DNA from: Abditibacterium sp.
GTDB taxonomy: Bacteria > Armatimonadota > Abditibacteriia > Abditibacteriales > Abditibacteriaceae
Reading direction: 5' to 3'
DNA: 64,000 bases
Assembly (NCBI GenBank): GCA_965246885.1
Contig: OZ251992.1
Coordinates: 2,688,001 to 2,752,000, forward strand
The notes under the pieces were generated by a model, which worked only from the letters and a program-made list of their open reading frames with translations, was not told the origin of the DNA and made no database searches. The position numbers were made by a program, and so were the translations under genes. Positions 59,719 through 64,000 of this stretch are shown piece after piece. Positions within the stretch are counted from its first letter, which is position 1, and each line of letters opens with the position of its first letter.

Positions 59719-60582
59719 TTAGTTCTTCAGCATACCCTTCGAGCGGAACAACTCAGTTCTCCTTTTGATTTCCCTAATATGCCATTGAGCTAACGTATGT
59801 TCAGGACTTCCCTGCGGAACGATGGACACATAGCGGTCGTAGTGAACGATTGCGCTCCTCCCCTCTTTTTCAGACGCGAAGAGGCCAAATTTGTCTTCAT
59901 GAAGACTTGCAATCAAAAATAGAGATTTTGGATCTCTGGGAAATGCCTTTTGATATTCACTGTCCCACCCCTCCGCAATGGGAAGAGTTACGTCATCTTC
60001 CCCCAGCTTATAAGCGAAGACGTATTTGAGGTAGTAGTCCTTTGTATCACGCTTGGCCAAGCGATATAAGCACCTCTTCAAATAAAGAGGCGCGTTGTTG
60101 TCCCACTTGCTTTCCCACAAGAGAAAGAAGATGCGCAAACGAGTATATTGGTAGCTCTTCGTGAACGAGGAGGCTTGTTCCAAACCAGCGCTGACACCTT
60201 TGACTACGGCTACGACATCCACGCCCGGCAACCTGCTCTTGCGGGCGAAATAGACGCCATAAGCCCATCGGAATTGGGCTTGGGCGTCAATAGGCTTCTT
60301 CAATGCCACCTTTTTGTATGCCGCGACAATGGCTATTGGCTTAGGCGACTTGAGCAATTGGCTCTCAACACTCTTGCGGATAGACACGAAAGGGCGGTCG
60401 TTTTCAGTCCACGCCTGCGCCGTCCAGTGAAAGTAGCCGCCCGGTTGGTCGCCTGAAATATAGGCACCGTGATCTAGCTTCCCCTCCACAGGAATAGGCG
60501 TCGGCGCAGGCGCAGCCATTGTCACTGCTCCTGCTAACCCGCACAAAAGGCACCCGATGAGGCTTGTTTGATGAAGTTTCAT
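59719..60582 (-). CDS. Secreted helical/TPR-like hypothetical protein (candidate immunity/partner)
   Basis: AAGGA RBS, signal peptide, lower GC, 9 nt downstream of large secreted gene. Confidence 0.75.
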   Translation of the reverse strand: MKLHQTSLIGCLLCGLAGAVTMAAPAPTPIPVEGKLDHGAYISGDQPGGYFHWTAQAWTENDRPFVSIRKSVESQLLKSPKPIAIVAAYKKVALKKPIDAQAQFRWAYGVYFARKSRLPGVDVVAVVKGVSAGLEQASSFTKSYQYTRLRIFFLLWESKWDNNAPLYLKRCLYRLAKRDTKDYYLKYVFAYKLGEDDVTLPIAEGWDSEYQKAFPRDPKSLFLIASLHEDKFGLFASEKEGRSAIVHYDRYVSIVPQGSPEHTLAQWHIREIKRRTELFRSKGMLKN

Positions 60583-60591
60583 GGGTGTCCT

Positions 60592-62619
60592 TTAGGCTCC
60601 CGGCGTGGGCACAGGAGGCGGCTGATAACCCGCAGAAGAAAACGAGATGCAAAAGTAGGGCGGGGCAGTTTTGTTGATGTGTCCCACGTTCCGTCCATTA
60701 AACCCGTGAGCATCGTATTGGTCGCATTGCCATGTTTGGCGAATCCTATCAACATAGCCATCGCCACTCACAGTAACGCTAAAACGCGCGAAGTCGTCGT
60801 TGTTTTTTGGATCACCCCCAACTGTAAACATAAGCGGTTTAAAACTGGCCTTAGCATCAGCTATATATGTTTTTGGTGAAAAGCGTGGGCTACCATTTGG
60901 GTAGTTCCCCAAACTCTCTTGAGCTAACACAGCCGCTTTGTAAGCTTCGTAGCCCGTCGAAGCGACCGGTGGGCCATTTGGCGTGCTTGCTGACACCGGC
61001 AAAGGAACAAGCTTATCGGGAGGGGTTGGCCCAACGGCGATTCCTGCTGTTGATAAGGCCGCTGACGCAAAGATTAGAAGCGGCACTGGGTCGCCCGTTA
61101 GCTCTGAACCCACCACAAGAAAGTAGCCGCCCTCAACCCCCCCGGCAACTGTCCCCGCGACAGTAAGTCCCGTACCGATGTCTATCTGCTGCTTCAGACT
61201 TGGATCAACATAATAAAGGGGGTCTCCAATGTGCATTCCGCCTCCATTGGATTGAAGGGCAAATGGTACAGTGGGAAGTGAGGCCGTAGAGGAAGGGGTG
61301 CTGTCCCACTCTTGCGGTGCGTGCCAGTTCACCGTGTAACTGTTGGCGAGCAGCATTGTGGGTTTGGAAGGATCTTTATCATCCACATTGACTTTGAAAG
61401 TCGTTGACTTTACCGTGGGCCATAGCTTGCTTGATCCGAGGTCGAATCCAGTCATATAGTAGTTATCTATGTCCGGCCCTATACCTCTTGTGTAAATTCT
61501 TACCTGCTGATATTCTGTACTCTTGGCGCCAAAACCATAAGCGGCATCACCCGTTGCAGTTCCGCCCAAGTAAGACCACTGATATTCAGGAATGCTGTAT
61601 CCCGGTGTGTTCGCTTGCATCTTACACCACCCAATGTCTGTGCCCCACCATTTCTGATTTTGCACATTTCCGTTTGCCTTATCGCCAGAGTAAGACGCTG
61701 CGCTTTCGACCGTCATTGAGCCATCCGCCGCGCGCTTGCACAACACGCCCCAAGGCCCAGTGGGAAAAACACCACCCAGCACGAAAGCAGGGGTTGAGGG
61801 ATTGATTTGAGTCACGTCCACCTTATCGATCATTTCCACACCGTTAGAGTCTTTCAGTTTCGGCAAATTGGCCCACAAAGTTTCCTTGCGGTAGCTGGGC
61901 TGGATGTCGGAGGAGATGAGGAGGCCGTAGTTGGACACCGAAGCGGTGATTGAGATGGCCCCATTCATTGTCGGGGTAGAGGGTGTCGAGCCGCCATACG
62001 TGCCACCTGCGTAGGAACTGGTGAACGTGCCCGTGAAGTGTGCGGTGAACGGGCCAAGCACGATGTCGGTGTCCCCGTTGCTGTTGTCGGTGTTCAGCAA
62101 CATCTTCCCACCAGCCCCTACGCTTTGTCTGTTGCCCGAAGTGCTTGGCGTGACTGGCGCGTCCGTCAACCCAGAAGTGCCAGACAACGCCCCTTGCGTG
62201 GAATACGTGGATGAGCTATTCCACGTTCCAGCGCTCCCTGCCGACAGTTGGACGGCGACTTGTCTGGGCGCGGGTTCCCCCGGCCCTATCCCGGCCCAGT
62301 GAAGGCACACCGCGTAGGTGTAGGTTTTGTTGAACGAGGAAGCCACACCGTTCTTGGAGCCAAGCGTGAAGGGATACTGCGCAGCGACAAAGGTTTGGCC
62401 AAACTGCGTGCTACCCAGCCAATTCTTGAAGGCACCATCGCTTGGCGTGACATCCATACTTATGCTCCATGACCCCGCGTGCGCGTGCGGCGTCCACATC
62501 AACAGGCTACAGGCCATCACCACAGCAGCAACGGCCAAACGGCCAAACGGCCAAACGGCCAAACGGCCAAACGAAGGGGCAGAGCTTTGTCTGCCGAATG
62601 AGTTGCGAAACTTTTTCAT
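60592..62619 (-). CDS. Large secreted protein with C-terminal hydrophobic hairpin (candidate toxin/surface protein)
   Basis: MKKFR...LLMWTPHAHA|G signal; beta-rich N-half; GLTVAGTVAGG...PLLIFASAALSTAGIAVG. Confidence 0.75.
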   Translation of the reverse strand: MKKFRNSFGRQSSAPSFGRLAVWPFGRLAVAAVVMACSLLMWTPHAHAGSWSISMDVTPSDGAFKNWLGSTQFGQTFVAAQYPFTLGSKNGVASSFNKTYTYAVCLHWAGIGPGEPAPRQVAVQLSAGSAGTWNSSSTYSTQGALSGTSGLTDAPVTPSTSGNRQSVGAGGKMLLNTDNSNGDTDIVLGPFTAHFTGTFTSSYAGGTYGGSTPSTPTMNGAISITASVSNYGLLISSDIQPSYRKETLWANLPKLKDSNGVEMIDKVDVTQINPSTPAFVLGGVFPTGPWGVLCKRAADGSMTVESAASYSGDKANGNVQNQKWWGTDIGWCKMQANTPGYSIPEYQWSYLGGTATGDAAYGFGAKSTEYQQVRIYTRGIGPDIDNYYMTGFDLGSSKLWPTVKSTTFKVNVDDKDPSKPTMLLANSYTVNWHAPQEWDSTPSSTASLPTVPFALQSNGGGMHIGDPLYYVDPSLKQQIDIGTGLTVAGTVAGGVEGGYFLVVGSELTGDPVPLLIFASAALSTAGIAVGPTPPDKLVPLPVSASTPNGPPVASTGYEAYKAAVLAQESLGNYPNGSPRFSPKTYIADAKASFKPLMFTVGGDPKNNDDFARFSVTVSGDGYVDRIRQTWQCDQYDAHGFNGRNVGHINKTAPPYFCISFSSAGYQPPPVPTPGA
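62530..62573. repeat. 8-bp simple sequence repeat (AACGGCCA)x5.5 inside signal-peptide codons
   Basis: aacggccaaacggccaaacggccaaacggccaaacggccaaacg. Confidence 0.95.
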
Positions 62620-62797
62620 CAGTGGGTTGGCGCCGCTTCTTCTGGACGCGCTCTCAGTATGCCCATTTGTTTGCGCTTTCAAACAGTGGCTTTGGAGAAA
62701 TCTTGGCGGCGGTGGGGAAGCGTCATCGCCCTTCCAGTTGAAGCCTCTCGCCAAGGCGCTGGCCCACAAATGAGCGTGAAAGCCGGGTTTTTTCGTT

Positions 62798-62986
62798 GAT
62801 TCGGTCGTCTCGCGGCCTGTTTCGGTTATCTGTTGGCATGTTGCTATTATCTATTGGCGTGTCACGGTCGTCTCTTGGCATGATTCGGTCGTCTCGCGGC
62901 ATGTTGCTATTATCTATTGGCCTGTCACGGTCGTCTATTCGCCTCTCACGGTCGTCTTTTCGCCCATTTCGGTGCGCTATCGAGCG
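62798..62986. repeat. 21-bp-period array, family C (9 units, core CGGTCGTCT / CTATTATCT)
   Basis: Units at 62798, 62819, 62840, 62861, 62882, 62903, 62924, 62945, 62966. Confidence 0.9.
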
Positions 62987-63084
62987 TCGCACACGAGGAA
63001 CTGCGGCGGATGAGTTGGCTGTTGGGGACGTGCGTTTATGTTGGGGGTCGCGTCGCTACTTATTAGGTTAATTTGGGCGTCCAC

Positions 63085-63113
63085 TTGAAGGCGGCGGGGA
63101 AAGCGTTTATAAT
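63085..63113 (+). promoter_or_regulatory. Sigma70 promoter of tRNA pair
   Basis: TTGAAG-N17-TATAAT. Confidence 0.8.
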
Positions 63114-63125
63114 GTCACCCGTCGC

Positions 63126-63197
63126 GGGCGATTAGCTCAGTGGTAGAGCGCTTCGTTCACACCGAAGAGGTCGCTGGTTCGATACCAGCATCGCCCA
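63126..63197 (+). tRNA. tRNA-Val(CAC)
   Basis: GGGCGAT/ATCGCCC acceptor, TAGCTCAGTGGTAGAGC D-arm, CTTCG-TTCACAC-CGAAG, GGTTCGA T-loop. Confidence 0.96.
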
Positions 63198-63208
63198 TTT
63201 TCCCCGCC

Positions 63209-63281
63209 GGGTCTTTAGCTCATCTGGTAGAGCGTCTGATTTGCATTCAGAAGGTAAGCGGTTCGAGTCCGCTAAGATCCA
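63209..63281 (+). tRNA. tRNA-Ala(TGC)
   Basis: GGGTCTT/AAGATCC with G3:U70, TCTGA-TTTGCAT-TCAGA, GGTTCGAGTCC. Confidence 0.95.
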
Positions 63282-63289
63282 CTACTTCC

Positions 63290-63318
63290 ACCCGCCGCAA
63301 CTCTTCGCGGCGGGTTTT
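63290..63318 (+). terminator. Intrinsic terminator after tRNAs
   Basis: ACCCGCCGC-loop-GCGGCGGGTTTT. Confidence 0.8.
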
Positions 63319-63347
63319 GCGTTTGGGGCTGTTCTTGGCGCTTTGTT

Positions 63348-64000
63348 ATGTCCGACACCGCTTCTTTTGACCGCCCTGATGGAGGGCGCCTGCTGCCAGA
63401 GGACTTCCCCTTGGCGACGCTTAGGCAGTTGCCACTTTTGCGCGGGTTGTCGCGCGCGGAGTTGGAAACGGCGCGCGCGGTAGTGAGCAAGCGCGTGGTG
63501 GAAACGGGCGCCTCGCTTATGGGCGAGGACGAAGCGGGGGCGTCGCTCTTCTTCGTCGTCGAGGGCACGTTCAAGATCACCGTGCGCAAGGGGGAAAGCG
63601 TGGTGCTGTTGGGTTTGTGCGGGCGCGGCGAAGTGTTGGGCGAGTTGGCGGCCATTGACGGCCACACGCGCTCGGCGACGGTGACGGCGCAAACGACGTG
63701 CGTGGTGGGCGAGCTATCGGCGACGCACTTTTGGAACGCGCTATGGCCGCTCGAACCGGTGCCAGTCAACATGGCACTTCTGCTGGTGGGCCGGGTGCGG
63801 CGCTTGACGGCGAAGGTGCAAGCGATGGCGACGCTCGATGTGCGCGGGCGCTTGGCGTATCAACTGGTGTCGCTTGCGCGCGAGCACGGGGCAAAGCGCG
63901 GCGGAACGTATCACATTCCCTTTGGGCTGAGGCAACTGGAACTGGCGCAAATGGTGGGCACGAGCCGCGTGCAGGTGAACCAACTGATGCTGGGATGGAC
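63348..64000 (+). CDS. Crp/Fnr family transcriptional regulator (3' truncated by window)
   Basis: Read by hand from ATG 63348: LFFVVEG, GEVLGELA, RSATVTA, DVRGRLA, QLELAQMVGTSRVQVN HTH. Confidence 0.92.
   Translation, partial: MSDTASFDRPDGGRLLPEDFPLATLRQLPLLRGLSRAELETARAVVSKRVVETGASLMGEDEAGASLFFVVEGTFKITVRKGESVVLLGLCGRGEVLGELAAIDGHTRSATVTAQTTCVVGELSATHFWNALWPLEPVPVNMALLLVGRVRRLTAKVQAMATLDVRGRLAYQLVSLAREHGAKRGGTYHIPFGLRQLELAQMVGTSRVQVNQLMLGW

Noticed and set aside
62620..62770. Cobalamin riboswitch suggested by GCCACTG on the minus strand
   Set aside because: No B12-box or other conserved elements found.
59378..63281. tRNA-integrated genomic island
   Set aside because: The low-GC module lies 5' of the tRNAs; no integrase and no convincing duplicated tRNA 3' end (GGTTGATACC at ~59382 is too weak).

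Overview
GC-rich bacterial chromosomal segment. Gene content and style suggest Armatimonadota/Abditibacteriota, but this is inference only. It is mostly a mosaic of housekeeping genes (short glmU-prs, tkt, ACT-malic enzyme, ndk, rex, polyprenyl synthase, aspS, map, pyc, mqo, clpX, DAHP synthase, glgA, tRNA-Val/tRNA-Ala, crp/fnr) mixed with lineage-specific secreted and membrane proteins. No transposase, integrase, CRISPR array or rRNA was seen. The most notable unexplained structures are: (i) five intergenic arrays with a ~21-bp period in three sequence families, two of them homologous, built on a palindromic CAGACGTCTG core and sharing no open frame; (ii) a lower-GC two-gene module (secreted 675-aa protein with a C-terminal hydrophobic hairpin plus a secreted helical partner) with an 8-bp microsatellite in its signal-peptide codons and a decayed duplicate of the partner's RBS/start, resembling a phase-variable polymorphic toxin/immunity system; (iii) a DAHP synthase reading in frame into a VOC domain; (iv) a ketosynthase-methyltransferase-flavoenzyme mini-cluster; (v) several enzymes with catalytic-motif substitutions (PAP2, malic enzyme, HD-GYP). 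All family assignments come from motif recognition by eye, not database searches.
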